A stretch of 64,000 nucleotides of DNA, taken from positions 248,001 to 312,000 of IMG/VR virus record IMGVR_UViG_3300030102_006934. One strand, written 5' to 3'. Below, piece after piece: positions 48,045 to 58,065 of this stretch. Below the pieces are notes generated by a model. That model saw only the letters and a list, made by a program, of their open reading frames with translations. It had not been told where the DNA came from and searched no databases. Made by a program: the position numbers and the translations under genes. How positions within the stretch are numbered: position 1 is the stretch's first letter; each line of letters begins with the position of its first letter.

Positions 48045-48314
48045 ATGAAAAATGCAATCAAGAAGATAATAAAAGAAGAATTAACAAGGGATGATAAGGC
48101 AGAGATTAAAAAACTGGCCAGAAAAGAGTTTGAGGACATGTTGAAAACAACTGACATTAAAACTAAAATAGAGAACCTAGTTAAAAAACAAATGAAAAAC
48201 GATAAACCCACACAAAAAGAGATTGCTAAAATATCAGAAAAAGTATTAGTACAATTCTATAAAACTTTATGGACTAGAAGAAGTTTTTGGTCTAATAAAC
48301 TAGATAACATATAA
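48045..48314 (+). CDS. Putative head-interior protein
   Basis: MKNAIKKIIKEE; ATATTTATA at 48021. Confidence 0.6.
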   Translation: MKNAIKKIIKEELTRDDKAEIKKLARKEFEDMLKTTDIKTKIENLVKKQMKNDKPTQKEIAKISEKVLVQFYKTLWTRRSFWSNKLDNI

Positions 48315-48316
48315 TA

Positions 48317-49858
48317 ATGGAAAGAAACATCGACCCAACGGCTAAACAAGGTATGAGAATCCGTATGCAAATGATGGTTGACGATAGACCAGTATCTTCA
48401 GGTATGGAAGGCACAATCAAATGGATTGATAGTTTAGGTACTCTACATGTTAAGTGGGACAATGGTAGAACATTAGGTGTCATACCCAATGAAGATAAAT
48501 ACGAGTTACTCCCATCAGAAGAAGACCAAATAGACTTTGATGTATTTGAAAACTCAGCTGAAAGGTTAATGAAAAAAATTTCCAAAAAACCTATAAGTGG
48601 TTCTATAGATAAGACATTTAAAAAAGCTTACACAAAAAATGATTTAAAAGCCGAATCAGAAAATGATTCTGAAATAGATTATGATGAAATTTTAGAATTG
48701 ATGAAAGAGAAAGGCTGGGGAGATGGTGTATCTAACCATATAGAGGATTTTGAATCTTCAGACTATTATCCAGCAAGGTCCATCTATTCCACAAACGAAG
48801 ACCCTACCATGAACTATTTAGAGACTTTCCATAAATACATGCAAGACCTATCTACAGGAAATAATGAAATAGAAGAAACTACCACCGCTGGAGCCGCAGG
48901 AGCTTATAACGCACCTCTTTTTGGTAAACCAACAACAATAAAAAAAGCTAAAACCAAAAAAACTAGTTCTAATGTGATTACAAAGGGTGATTTAAAAAAC
49001 CCATTAGGTAAAGTTTACTCCTTAAAATCGAAAAATGAATCTAAAGTCTTTAAAGTTGGTGACCTATTAAATGAAATATCATCAACACACGCCTCAAAAC
49101 TAAGAGCGGCTGAGGGTACTTACGATGGTGACCCATGGGTTGGTAAGAAGGGTTGGATGAGAAGAGATGAACTAGCTTGGGAAGGTGGTGAAATAGCTGA
49201 TATAATGGCTAAATTAAATATTAATTGGAATGATTCTGATTTAACTTTAACGGATATGGAAACCGATGCCATCAATGAAACATCAGTAAAGAAAAAAGTT
49301 AAAAAAAAGAAAGAAAAAGAGGAGGATTTAGAAGAAGCAACAACTTTTAATTCAGTTTTCGGAAGTGGTTTTCCAGTAACACCCTTTATGTTTGCCAAGA
49401 AAGGTAAACACATACCCTCAAAGAAACCTATATGGAAAGGTGGTAAGATTGTACAAAAAGCTGATAAAGCTGATTTATTGGGTGAGTCTAATAAAAAGTT
49501 TAGTAAATCTACCCTCCTTGATGAAATCAACAAAGTTAAGTGGGTTAAAGGTGGTAAGTATGTTAAGATTAAAGATAGATGTGCTAAATACAATAATAAA
49601 CCTTGGTGTAGTCAGGGAGCAATTGATAATCCTTTGGAATTAAGTGATACTGTTTTTGAGAATATTGAAAAGATTTCTAAGAAGACTGGTGTTTCTGAAG
49701 AAAAAATTTATGATAAAATAAAGGCTAAACTAAATGGTGTTAGTAAAGAACAAATAGATTATAATAAAGAACATGGATTGCCAATATGGTGGAGAGGAAC
49801 TAAAGAAGGGTTTTATGAAAAAATGGAACCCAGAAAGAATAATACTGGTAGTAATTAA
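48317..49858 (+). CDS. DUF4314-domain fusion protein, putative head protein
   Basis: N-terminal GMRIRMQMMVDD.PV..GMEGTIKWIDSLGTLHVKWDNGRTLGVIP; EETTTAGAAGAY.AP and LNE/INE/LEE sites. Confidence 0.65.
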   Translation: MERNIDPTAKQGMRIRMQMMVDDRPVSSGMEGTIKWIDSLGTLHVKWDNGRTLGVIPNEDKYELLPSEEDQIDFDVFENSAERLMKKISKKPISGSIDKTFKKAYTKNDLKAESENDSEIDYDEILELMKEKGWGDGVSNHIEDFESSDYYPARSIYSTNEDPTMNYLETFHKYMQDLSTGNNEIEETTTAGAAGAYNAPLFGKPTTIKKAKTKKTSSNVITKGDLKNPLGKVYSLKSKNESKVFKVGDLLNEISSTHASKLRAAEGTYDGDPWVGKKGWMRRDELAWEGGEIADIMAKLNINWNDSDLTLTDMETDAINETSVKKKVKKKKEKEEDLEEATTFNSVFGSGFPVTPFMFAKKGKHIPSKKPIWKGGKIVQKADKADLLGESNKKFSKSTLLDEINKVKWVKGGKYVKIKDRCAKYNNKPWCSQGAIDNPLELSDTVFENIEKISKKTGVSEEKIYDKIKAKLNGVSKEQIDYNKEHGLPIWWRGTKEGFYEKMEPRKNNTGSN

Positions 49859-49897
49859 TTTTATCAGATAAACTGATATTTATTAAAAAAGATTGAT

Positions 49898-51061
49898 ATG
49901 TCAAAAAATATTAAAAAATTATTAAAAAAGAATTTAAACACATTACTTGAAACAAAAGGATTCGAACATATGGAGGTTGCTTTTGGTTTACAAGAAAAAA
50001 GTGATAACCTTTCAGACGCTGAAAAAAAACAATTCGGTGAGATGGAAACAATACAAAATGAGAAAGGTGTTAATTTAGGAGACGCCACAGTTCAACCAGC
50101 TTTAAATAAAGTACATAAAGAAGATAAAAAAGATGAGGAAACTTATTTTAAGGATGTTGAAAAGAAAATGAAAGATTTTCAAACCACATCTGAAGCCGAA
50201 CCAACACAGATTGGTGAAGCTTTTGAACCACCAAAGGTCAACAGAGAAGACGACCAAACAGAACCAGAGGAAGTTTATTCAACTGAAGCTTTAGGTCCTG
50301 GTATGTTAGCTTTAAGGTATGACAATAGAGATACTGAGGTTCATAAAAAATTTGAAGAAAGGGTTGATGATTTAAATGGTGATGATTTAACTTATAAAAA
50401 ATTGAAACAATATGGTGAAAAGTATTTAAAACATAAATATGAAAAACCAGATGAATACCATTATTCACCTAAAGTTAGGGCAACAGTAAAAGAAAGTGTT
50501 ATGGAAACATATGTAGACGTATTAGAAGAAAATATATTTAAGGTTAAAGGAACCATAAAAGCTAAAGAACAGGTCATTAGTTTAGTGGATAAGTTACCTA
50601 ATAGAGTTAAAGTTAATGAAACTGTTTTTGCTATTACTGATGGTGAGAATGAGTATAGGTTATTGTGGGAAGGTTCAGAAGATGGTGAAGCCGTAATTAC
50701 ACATGAAAAAAATGTTACTACAATAAATGAGAGTATCGATAAAATGAAACACCTTTGGGAGTTTAAATCTTCAAACTCTAGTAAAAGGAGTATTAAAGAA
50801 AATGATGACGTATTCTTTAAGATGATGGATAAGGTTAGAGGTAAAGAAACTTTAAACGAAGCTGTTGCGGTTGATGCGAAAGCTAATAAATCAACAATCA
50901 AAAAATTAGCTAAAGAATTATCTAATGACGCCGACTTAGGTGCTAAGTGTAGACAACTAATCAAAAAAGATGGTGATTGTTCACAAGAGTTAAAAGATAT
51001 GGCTAAAGAAAATTCTAATGACGCTGATTTAGGTGCAGCTTGTAGAGAAATGTGCAAGTAA
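49898..51061 (+). CDS. Putative head-interior protein with C-terminal tandem repeat
   Basis: ATATTTATT at 49876; LLE/VKE/INE/IKE/LNE sites. Confidence 0.6.
   Translation: MSKNIKKLLKKNLNTLLETKGFEHMEVAFGLQEKSDNLSDAEKKQFGEMETIQNEKGVNLGDATVQPALNKVHKEDKKDEETYFKDVEKKMKDFQTTSEAEPTQIGEAFEPPKVNREDDQTEPEEVYSTEALGPGMLALRYDNRDTEVHKKFEERVDDLNGDDLTYKKLKQYGEKYLKHKYEKPDEYHYSPKVRATVKESVMETYVDVLEENIFKVKGTIKAKEQVISLVDKLPNRVKVNETVFAITDGENEYRLLWEGSEDGEAVITHEKNVTTINESIDKMKHLWEFKSSNSSKRSIKENDDVFFKMMDKVRGKETLNEAVAVDAKANKSTIKKLAKELSNDADLGAKCRQLIKKDGDCSQELKDMAKENSNDADLGAACREMCK
50909..51046 (+). repeat. 93-nt-period duplication encoding AKE-SNDADLGA-CR
   Basis: gctaaagaattatctaatgacgccgacttaggtgctaagtgtaga vs gctaaagaaaattctaatgacgctgatttaggtgcagcttgtaga. 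Confidence 0.85.
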
Positions 51062-51062
51062 A

Positions 51063-52166
51063 ATGAAAAATTTAAAAGAAATAAAATTAATGATGGAGAG
51101 ATTAGAATCTCCAAGGTTAACCGAAACTGAGTTAAACTATAAGAAAAGTCTTTTAAAAGAAGAGGATGAAGAGGTAACCAAAGACCCAGACCAATTAGAT
51201 TTATTTACTGGTGAAACAAAAGAAGTAAATGAGCTGGTAAGACAATTCGAGGAGTTAAAAAGATTGATATTAGATGAAATAGAAGGGTTAGATGTAAACT
51301 ACATGCATACAGCTATGGTGAACGGTGAGTTAGATTCAGCACTATCGGAGTACTATAGTTTGGTTAATGAACTTGAATATTGGATAGATAATAACGATTT
51401 TGAGGGTGAGTTATTGAGGGAAGCTAATAATCTATTAGAGGTACTTCAGTATGGTCCTGTTGATTTTGAAATTACTTTAACCCCAGAAGTCGAAGAACTA
51501 TTAAAAAGAGAAAGACCAGGTATAAAAGTTGGTTCCGAAAAAGAAATAGCAGACATGTCTGAAGGAAAAGATAAAATGGGTCTTTTGAAAGAAGAATATA
51601 AACACCAATGTTATGAAATTGATTTAGGTTTAGACTCTTTAATTGGACAAGAACTATCTAGAATATTTGTTCCAGGACAATATAAAAGTCGTAGTCCTTT
51701 TGGGGCCGAATCTATACATATGCAGGATGTTTTTACACCACCATCAAAAGATGAAAACGGTAATTTAACTTATACCCTACCAAAAATAACACAATTTTAT
51801 TCTTATTTTTGTCCTAGAAAAAGAGAAAACTACCCAGAGTTAAAAGATGGTCAATTTATAACTTTCCCTAGTGACACGGATGTTACTAATATTTATGTTG
51901 GTCTTGATGGTGGTAAAATTACCCCATTCGGTATGTCTGGAAAAGTTGTTGATGTTTCGGGTAACGCAATAGTTTTACATGGAGGAAGAAAAGGCTTTGT
52001 AGATAGATTATCTGTTTACCAAAATGGTAAATATATTAAATCATTAGATGATGGTCAATTTATTGTTGGTGCGAAAAATAGTGATACCTCAGTATATGAT
52101 AAAATAAAATCTAAACTAGGTGAAAAAGTGGACCCCAGTGATACCAAAGAAATAGAGATGCAATAA
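51063..52166 (+). CDS. Putative head-interior protein
   Basis: ATG at 51063; LTE/LKE/LRE sites. Confidence 0.55.
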   Translation: MKNLKEIKLMMERLESPRLTETELNYKKSLLKEEDEEVTKDPDQLDLFTGETKEVNELVRQFEELKRLILDEIEGLDVNYMHTAMVNGELDSALSEYYSLVNELEYWIDNNDFEGELLREANNLLEVLQYGPVDFEITLTPEVEELLKRERPGIKVGSEKEIADMSEGKDKMGLLKEEYKHQCYEIDLGLDSLIGQELSRIFVPGQYKSRSPFGAESIHMQDVFTPPSKDENGNLTYTLPKITQFYSYFCPRKRENYPELKDGQFITFPSDTDVTNIYVGLDGGKITPFGMSGKVVDVSGNAIVLHGGRKGFVDRLSVYQNGKYIKSLDDGQFIVGAKNSDTSVYDKIKSKLGEKVDPSDTKEIEMQ

Positions 52167-52183
52167 TAAAATAATAAAAAATT

Positions 52184-52211
52184 AAATAAGGTCTTCGGAC
52201 CTTATTTTTTT
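52184..52211 (+). terminator. Rho-independent terminator with cUUCGg loop
   Basis: AAATAAGGTC-TTCG-GACCTTATTT followed by TTT. Confidence 0.92.
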
Positions 52212-52238
52212 GCCAGCATATTTATAATAAAAAAAGAA

Positions 52239-53450
52239 ATGTTAATAAAAAAGGGAGACAGTGGTCCAAATGTGAGAGAATTACAAACACTATTAAATGA
52301 CAATGGTTTTTGGACTTATCATACAATTACGGATTATTTTGGGGACATAACAGAAACTGCGGTTAAGAATTTCCAAGAAGCAAAAAAAATAACAGTAGAT
52401 GGTTTAGTGGGTAATACAACCTACAGTTATCTAATAGACGGTGTAAGAGATAATATTATGTTAAAAAAGGGTGATAGAGGACCACAAGTAAAGGAAGTAC
52501 AACAAATGTTGGGTATTAGTGATGATGGTATATTTGGTTCTGATACCGAATCATCAGTAAAAAGATTTCAATCAGATAAAGGTTTAGTTTCTGATGGTAT
52601 TGTAGGTCCTAAAACCTATGAAACTTTAGTTAATGAAACCATGGGTGTTAATTTCGATAACAATCAAGATATAGATACTGATAGAACTGATTTTGATGAC
52701 TCTAACGATATAGATGATAAATTAAATTATTTAGGTTCTTACATCACAGAAGATGGTTTAGAAATAGATAAAGCCTATTTGGATGGTGATGAATATGTGA
52801 AAGATTATGGTAAGATAGAACCAGAAAACTTTTTTATCCATCACACAGCCGGTTGGAACAATCCTTATAATACTATTAATAGTTGGAACAAAGACGATAG
52901 AGGTCGTGTGGCAACACAATATTGTATTGGTGGAACAAGTGTTAAAATAGGTAGTTACGGTGATGACAAATACAATGGGCAAGTTGTAGAGTGTTTCCCT
53001 GATAATTACATCGGATGGCACTTAGGAAAAGTAGGTGACTTCAACATGTCTAAATACTCTTCAGCGGTTGAGATTAATAATTTTGGATACGCTATCAAAA
53101 AGAATGGTAAGTATTATAACTATGTCAATAGTGAAATACCTGAGAGTATGGTATGTGATTTAGGTTATGAATTTAGAGGACACCAATATTGGCACGCATA
53201 TACTTTAGAACAAATAGAAAGTTTAGGTTTGTTAATCAAACATGTACAAAGAATCTACCCTAATATTGATATGTCAGCAGGTTTACCTCAGTTATTAAAA
53301 GACGGAATCCACCCTAAAGAAGCTTTTGAATTTAATGAAGATGCGTATTGGGGTAGAGTTAAAGGTCTGTGGACGCATACTAATACTAGAACAGACAAGT
53401 TTGATTGTTTCCCACAATCAGAATTGATAGACCTGTTAAAGTCATTATAG
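52239..53450 (+). CDS. Endolysin: PG-binding domains + Amidase_2
   Basis: Repeated L.KGD.G..V..LQ..L..DG.FG..TE.AVK.FQ...GL..DGIVG..T; FIHHTAG, AVEINN, GLWTHTNTRTDKFDCFP. Confidence 0.88.
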   Translation: MLIKKGDSGPNVRELQTLLNDNGFWTYHTITDYFGDITETAVKNFQEAKKITVDGLVGNTTYSYLIDGVRDNIMLKKGDRGPQVKEVQQMLGISDDGIFGSDTESSVKRFQSDKGLVSDGIVGPKTYETLVNETMGVNFDNNQDIDTDRTDFDDSNDIDDKLNYLGSYITEDGLEIDKAYLDGDEYVKDYGKIEPENFFIHHTAGWNNPYNTINSWNKDDRGRVATQYCIGGTSVKIGSYGDDKYNGQVVECFPDNYIGWHLGKVGDFNMSKYSSAVEINNFGYAIKKNGKYYNYVNSEIPESMVCDLGYEFRGHQYWHAYTLEQIESLGLLIKHVQRIYPNIDMSAGLPQLLKDGIHPKEAFEFNEDAYWGRVKGLWTHTNTRTDKFDCFPQSELIDLLKSL

Positions 53451-53492
53451 AATTAGTATTTAGTTTTGGGTCAAATGACCTAAAATTGTATT

Positions 53493-53975
53493 ATGAAAAG
53501 GATTGATAAAATATTAAAAAGTTTTGATTTTATAGAATATATATCTAAACCAATGGAAAGAAAAGACATACACCTAATATTGAAAATAAATGGTTTTATC
53601 ACCGAAAGGGGTGATTTATTATTAGATTTTTGTAAATCGATAACACAAAAAATTATAAAAACTTATTTAGGTGATGATGTAATGTCTGAAGATGATAAAG
53701 AAAAACATTTTCAGTGGTGCTGGGATAGTGTTTTGGAAGACTTTGGCAAAGAGTTGATTTATTTTAATAAAAAAGGTGATTTAAAAGATTATTTTAAATA
53801 TTTTTTTTATGAGATATTCTATAAAGAAGAAAGTAAAGAAGAAAAAAGCTTTGAAAAAACTTTATATTTTGTAATAAAATCTTTTAATTATAACGGAATA
53901 CGAACAAAATCTGAAATAGATAATTATTTAGATTTATACAAAATATTCAATAAAAGTTATAATGTTAGTGTTTGA
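53493..53975 (+). CDS. Hypothetical protein
   Basis: 160-aa ORF. Confidence 0.65.
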   Translation: MKRIDKILKSFDFIEYISKPMERKDIHLILKINGFITERGDLLLDFCKSITQKIIKTYLGDDVMSEDDKEKHFQWCWDSVLEDFGKELIYFNKKGDLKDYFKYFFYEIFYKEESKEEKSFEKTLYFVIKSFNYNGIRTKSEIDNYLDLYKIFNKSYNVSV

Positions 53976-54205
53976 TGGATATAAATAAAAAATTTGATTT
54001 ACTTACAAATCACTTAGTTTTAGAAAAAGAAAAAAAACATCTAGAATTAGAACGTTTTATAAACGATAATATAGTCATAGATGATATGTGTCATGATTTA
54101 AGTAACAAAATAACTGATTATAGAAATTCTATAGACAACCTACGTATATGGTTAGAGTTTATAGAACCAATAAATAACACCGAAAAAGAAGAAGGTGAAA
54201 ATTAA
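53972..54205 (+). CDS. Hypothetical protein
   Basis: Coupled helical ORF. Confidence 0.6.
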   Translation: MMDINKKFDLLTNHLVLEKEKKHLELERFINDNIVIDDMCHDLSNKITDYRNSIDNLRIWLEFIEPINNTEKEEGEN

Positions 54206-54216
54206 AATTACATAAA

Positions 54217-54411
54217 ATGATGGAAGAAAACAGAACAAATGAAATGGAGACTTTAGTTGAGAACTTTAAATCAGAGTACTCTAAATTTACCGAAAAAGGT
54301 AATAAAGCGGCAGCAACTAGAGCTAGAAAACATTTACAAGATATTCGTAATTTAGCAAAAGACTTAAGAGACGAAATAAGTAAGACTAAAAAAGAAATGG
54401 TCACCGCGTAA
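54217..54411 (+). CDS. Hc1/histone H1-like small nucleoprotein
   Basis: KFTEKGNKAAATRARKHLQDIRNLAKDLR matches the Hc1-family GNKAA.TRARK motif. Confidence 0.75.
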   Translation: MMEENRTNEMETLVENFKSEYSKFTEKGNKAAATRARKHLQDIRNLAKDLRDEISKTKKEMVTA

Positions 54412-54605
54412 TGTTAGTTGAAAAAATATTATACCTATTATTTTTTTTAAGTGTATTGAATGTACTATCACACTTATTTAATTTAGTAGTAGAAATTAGA
54501 AAGGAAGAACCAAAAGAAATAGAAAACACTAAGTTTAGTATATTTCTTTTTGGTTTATCCTTATCATATATCTTAACGATAATTTTTACAAGTTTTCAAA
54601 TATGA
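54411..54605 (+). CDS. Small two-TM membrane protein
   Basis: Two hydrophobic segments. Confidence 0.6.
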   Translation: MLVEKILYLLFFLSVLNVLSHLFNLVVEIRKEEPKEIENTKFSIFLFGLSLSYILTIIFTSFQI

Positions 54606-55111
54606 TACAAGAAAGAATAGATAAATTAAAACCTTACTTTAGGGGGTTAAAAGTAGCAGATAATTATAGAATAGTCGAATTTAACCTAAAAAATACTTGG
54701 GTGATAGAAAAATCTGATGGTATAGAATTACAACAGAAAAAAATAAAAGAATCTGATAATGTACTATATAGTATGTTTTATTCGGAAAAAATTTCTTTTG
54801 ATGATATACTAGATTATGTTGAAAATGAAGTTATAAGATATAACCTAGATTTAGAAGAAAAAGAACGGTTACTAATGATGAAGGTTGAAGAACTAAAACG
54901 TGTTTTTGAAGATAAAGATTTAGATGAACTAAACAGCTTAAAATTTACAACATCAGACCCAACCATTAAACTAGGAAAAAAAAAGAAACCAACACCACCA
55001 AGTCAAATGATAAAAGAAGGTGAAAACTCAATCAAACCAGAGTATCTTAACGGTATTGATGATAAAAATAAACAGAATGGGCATACCAAAGAATTATCAG
55101 AACAAAGTTAA
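54602..55111 (+). CDS. Hypothetical protein
   Basis: 169-aa coupled ORF. Confidence 0.6.
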   Translation: MIQERIDKLKPYFRGLKVADNYRIVEFNLKNTWVIEKSDGIELQQKKIKESDNVLYSMFYSEKISFDDILDYVENEVIRYNLDLEEKERLLMMKVEELKRVFEDKDLDELNSLKFTTSDPTIKLGKKKKPTPPSQMIKEGENSIKPEYLNGIDDKNKQNGHTKELSEQS

Positions 55112-55370
55112 TTTAGAGAATAGGGTTAAAGCTCTTAACGAAGTAAACTTTTACATGGTTAAATCTGAATACACCCCAAAAGATGGTGGTGACAAGGTAA
55201 CTTCAATTATTGAGGTAAACGCATTAAATGAGGAACAAATGGAAAAGAAGTTTGATAAAATAATGTTTAAAGAGGGTATATCTGATTACAAAATATTGAA
55301 TTATCAAACTTCTTCTTTTTCAGACAGAATTAATAACCTAGGTTTAGATTCTATATTAAATCCTAATTAA
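55077..55370 (+). CDS. Hypothetical protein
   Basis: ATG at 55077, in the frame of the listed 55020 ORF. Confidence 0.55.
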   Translation: MGIPKNYQNKVNLENRVKALNEVNFYMVKSEYTPKDGGDKVTSIIEVNALNEEQMEKKFDKIMFKEGISDYKILNYQTSSFSDRINNLGLDSILNPN

Positions 55371-55686
55371 AAGCTCTCTCACACATTTCTTGAAAAGTGT
55401 GAATCAACCAAACAGTACCAGAAGCTAATATACCATCAAAAAAGACAGATGTAAAAATACTAGGTATAACTACACCCCCCAAACCGTAATACTCAGTTGG
55501 CGAGAAGAAAAACAAAGATAGGAAAAAACCTACCCAAGTAGGGAAACAAATCATACAGCTCACCAGTTCTCCCCAAAAATTAGGACTAACCTTTTTTAAA
55601 AAATTTCTCATTCCTTTAAATATAGATCCATAAACTACGATATTAGAAAAACCGTAGGTAACTAAAATAAATAATAATGTGTTCAT
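55363..55686 (-). CDS. DUF1360-like membrane protein
   Basis: Three TM segments with LVSCMICFPTWVG (CxxC..W) motif. Confidence 0.65.
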   Translation of the reverse strand: MNTLLFILVTYGFSNIVVYGSIFKGMRNFLKKVSPNFWGELVSCMICFPTWVGFFLSLFFFSPTEYYGLGGVVIPSIFTSVFFDGILASGTVWLIHTFQEMCERAFN

Positions 55687-55809
55687 AATATTTTTGTATT
55701 TATTTAATTATAGTACATTTTTTTTAAAAATAAAAGATTAGTGTAGTGAAAAACTTTCCAATTAGTAAAAAATAAGTTATCTTAGAGATAATAAGTTAAA
55801 ATAAAAATC

Positions 55810-56010
55810 ATGGGTAGTAGAGAAGACTGGGCATTAGAAAAAGAAAAAAGAAAACTTTTACAAGATCAAATAGTTACAGAACATAAGAAAAATAAATTTA
55901 TAAGAGAAATGAAATCTGGTTTAGGTGAAAAAATACTAAAGGAACCTAACAAGATACAGAAAAAAATAACTTTTATACAAAAAATTAAAAAACTAGTAGG
56001 ATGGAATTAA
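55810..56010 (+). CDS. Small basic hypothetical protein
   Basis: 66-aa ORF in a divergent unit. Confidence 0.6.
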   Translation: MGSREDWALEKEKRKLLQDQIVTEHKKNKFIREMKSGLGEKILKEPNKIQKKITFIQKIKKLVGWN

Positions 56011-56246
56011 AAAATTTTGTGGACTTTGCCTACTCACTAACCAACATGGAAGAGGTAAAAGACGGTGTTTTCAAACTACCCAAAGAAATAGTGTTTGAGT
56101 TAGATAAAAAACAACACATAAATATTGAAAAGGAGGTTTTACGACAGAAAGGTGTTAGTGATAGTGATATTACACATTTTGAAGAGTTCGATGTTTCTAT
56201 TTTAGGTGTTAATTTTAAATTTAAAAGAACGGATGAAACCCAATGA
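56001..56246 (+). CDS. Hypothetical protein
   Basis: 81-aa overlapping ORF. Confidence 0.6.
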   Translation: MELKNFVDFAYSLTNMEEVKDGVFKLPKEIVFELDKKQHINIEKEVLRQKGVSDSDITHFEEFDVSILGVNFKFKRTDETQ

Positions 56247-56427
56247 CATTGGACCGTACATAGAAAGTCTAAAAAATAGTGTGTCTAAAATATTACCAAA
56301 AAAAAATATAGAAAATGCTATGGTGGATATATCTAATTACTTTTTAAGTAGGTGGGTTATTGATAATAATTTCTTATTGAGTAAATCAGATATTAATAAT
56401 ATTGTGAAAAAATATATTAACGACTAA
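56233..56427 (+). CDS. Hypothetical protein
   Basis: ATG at 56233, in the frame of the listed 56206 ORF. Confidence 0.5.
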   Translation: MKPNDIGPYIESLKNSVSKILPKKNIENAMVDISNYFLSRWVIDNNFLLSKSDINNIVKKYIND

Positions 56428-57058
56428 TTTTACGATATAAACGGTTATAACTAACACCAGTTTGTTCGTGTATTCTTTTATACCATAAACCTTTATCTTG
56501 TTTGTGTACCTCACCAAAAAACACAACGTTAGGTATAGACTTATCCCAACATAATTTCCTTAAGTAGTTGTATAGTCTAATCACTTCTGATACGTCTTTA
56601 CATGTAACCATGTTTATAACCAAACTATCTATTATTAATTTATTATTTAACATTAGTACTTGTTTTGTATTTTTTTCAGATATTTTATTTAGTAAAACAC
56701 TATTAAGTATTTCCGAAGCGGATAATTTACGATTTGCCCCAGTAACACTATACTGTTCTTCTATTTCATAATCAGAAACACTAATAACAACCTCATTTGG
56801 GTCATTCATTATCTTTTCTAAAATCTTACCATATCCATCTCTAACAACAACACTCTTATCACCTTCTTCTCTTTTTTTAGTTAGTAGTATCCTGTAAGAA
56901 ACATCTTTAAGTTCTTTATTTTTGTATACTACCTCTTTTTTAAGTGAAACTTTTTTACTGGTCAAAGATTTTAATCTATAGGTGGCATCTTTTCTCCTAC
57001 TATAGTTGTATAAAACCTTTAGTTTGTCATTATTTTCATATAAAACTAATTTGTACAT
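56417..57058 (-). CDS. Hypothetical basic protein
   Basis: 213-aa minus-strand ORF with no competing + strand ORF. Confidence 0.7.
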   Translation of the reverse strand: MYKLVLYENNDKLKVLYNYSRRKDATYRLKSLTSKKVSLKKEVVYKNKELKDVSYRILLTKKREEGDKSVVVRDGYGKILEKIMNDPNEVVISVSDYEIEEQYSVTGANRKLSASEILNSVLLNKISEKNTKQVLMLNNKLIIDSLVINMVTCKDVSEVIRLYNYLRKLCWDKSIPNVVFFGEVHKQDKGLWYKRIHEQTGVSYNRLYRKISR

Positions 57059-57115
57059 AAATATTAAATAAGTTTATACATTTACAAAAATGTATTTTGT
57101 ATTAATATTAATCAT

Positions 57116-58048
57116 ATGAATCCACATTATCAAGTCTTAGGTTTAAATTCTAACGCCACTGAAGAAGATATAAAAAAAGCTTATAGAAAATTAAGTAAAA
57201 AATATCACCCAGATTTAAACCCAGAAAACCCAAATGCTGAAGACATGTTTAAGAAGGTTTCAGAGGCCTATACTCACTTAACCGATACTAAAAAACATAC
57301 ATATAACAATAATGATTTTTTTAGTAGTTTTCAAAGAAGAAGAAAACCAAAGGCTAGAACAATACTATATAATCTAGAAATAACATTAGAAGAGGCATTT
57401 TTCGGTACTGAAAAACAATTAGAAATTGTTAGGGATGTTGTTTGTGATAGCTGTAAAGGAGATGGTGGTATAGATAAAGTTAGTTGTAATCAATGTAATG
57501 GTCAGGGAATATTAAAGGGTGATAATACTTTTTATATGTGTAATAATTGTATGGGTAAAGGATTTTTATTCATGAAAAAATGTGGTACTTGTCACATGTC
57601 TGGTTATAAAACAGAAAAAAAAATAATTACCATAAATATAAACCCCAGTATATTAAATAACATGAATATAACTAAATTTGGTGTTGGTAGTGAGGTTAAA
57701 GATGGATTGACTGGGGACGTTTTAATTTCAACATCCATAAAAAAACACAAACACTTTACCCTAGAAGGTTACGATTTAAAGATGAAAAAACCATTATCAG
57801 TATTAGATGTTATTTTAGGTGGTGAGTTTAATGTAAAAACGATAGATGGTGAGGTTAAAATAAAGATACCACAATTCTCAGATATTAATAATTACTTTAG
57901 GGTTAAAAATAAAGGTATGAGAAAAGAAAACAACAAAAGAGGTGATTTATACGTCAAGATAGAACCCAAGTACCCTAAAAAAATAAACCCTCAAGAAATG
58001 GCTCTAATAAATGCCTTAAAAAACTCACCCAACTTTAAACTAGACTAG
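57116..58048 (+). CDS. dnaJ: DnaJ (type I) co-chaperone
   Basis: J-domain [12 protein letters not shown], four CxxCxGxG-type repeats, C-terminal GDL/GDV and TIDG motifs. Confidence 0.92.
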   Translation: MNPHYQVLGLNSNATEEDIKKAYRKLSKKYHPDLNPENPNAEDMFKKVSEAYTHLTDTKKHTYNNNDFFSSFQRRRKPKARTILYNLEITLEEAFFGTEKQLEIVRDVVCDSCKGDGGIDKVSCNQCNGQGILKGDNTFYMCNNCMGKGFLFMKKCGTCHMSGYKTEKKIITININPSILNNMNITKFGVGSEVKDGLTGDVLISTSIKKHKHFTLEGYDLKMKKPLSVLDVILGGEFNVKTIDGEVKIKIPQFSDINNYFRVKNKGMRKENNKRGDLYVKIEPKYPKKINPQEMALINALKNSPNFKLD

Positions 58049-58065
58049 AATATTTATATTATGAA

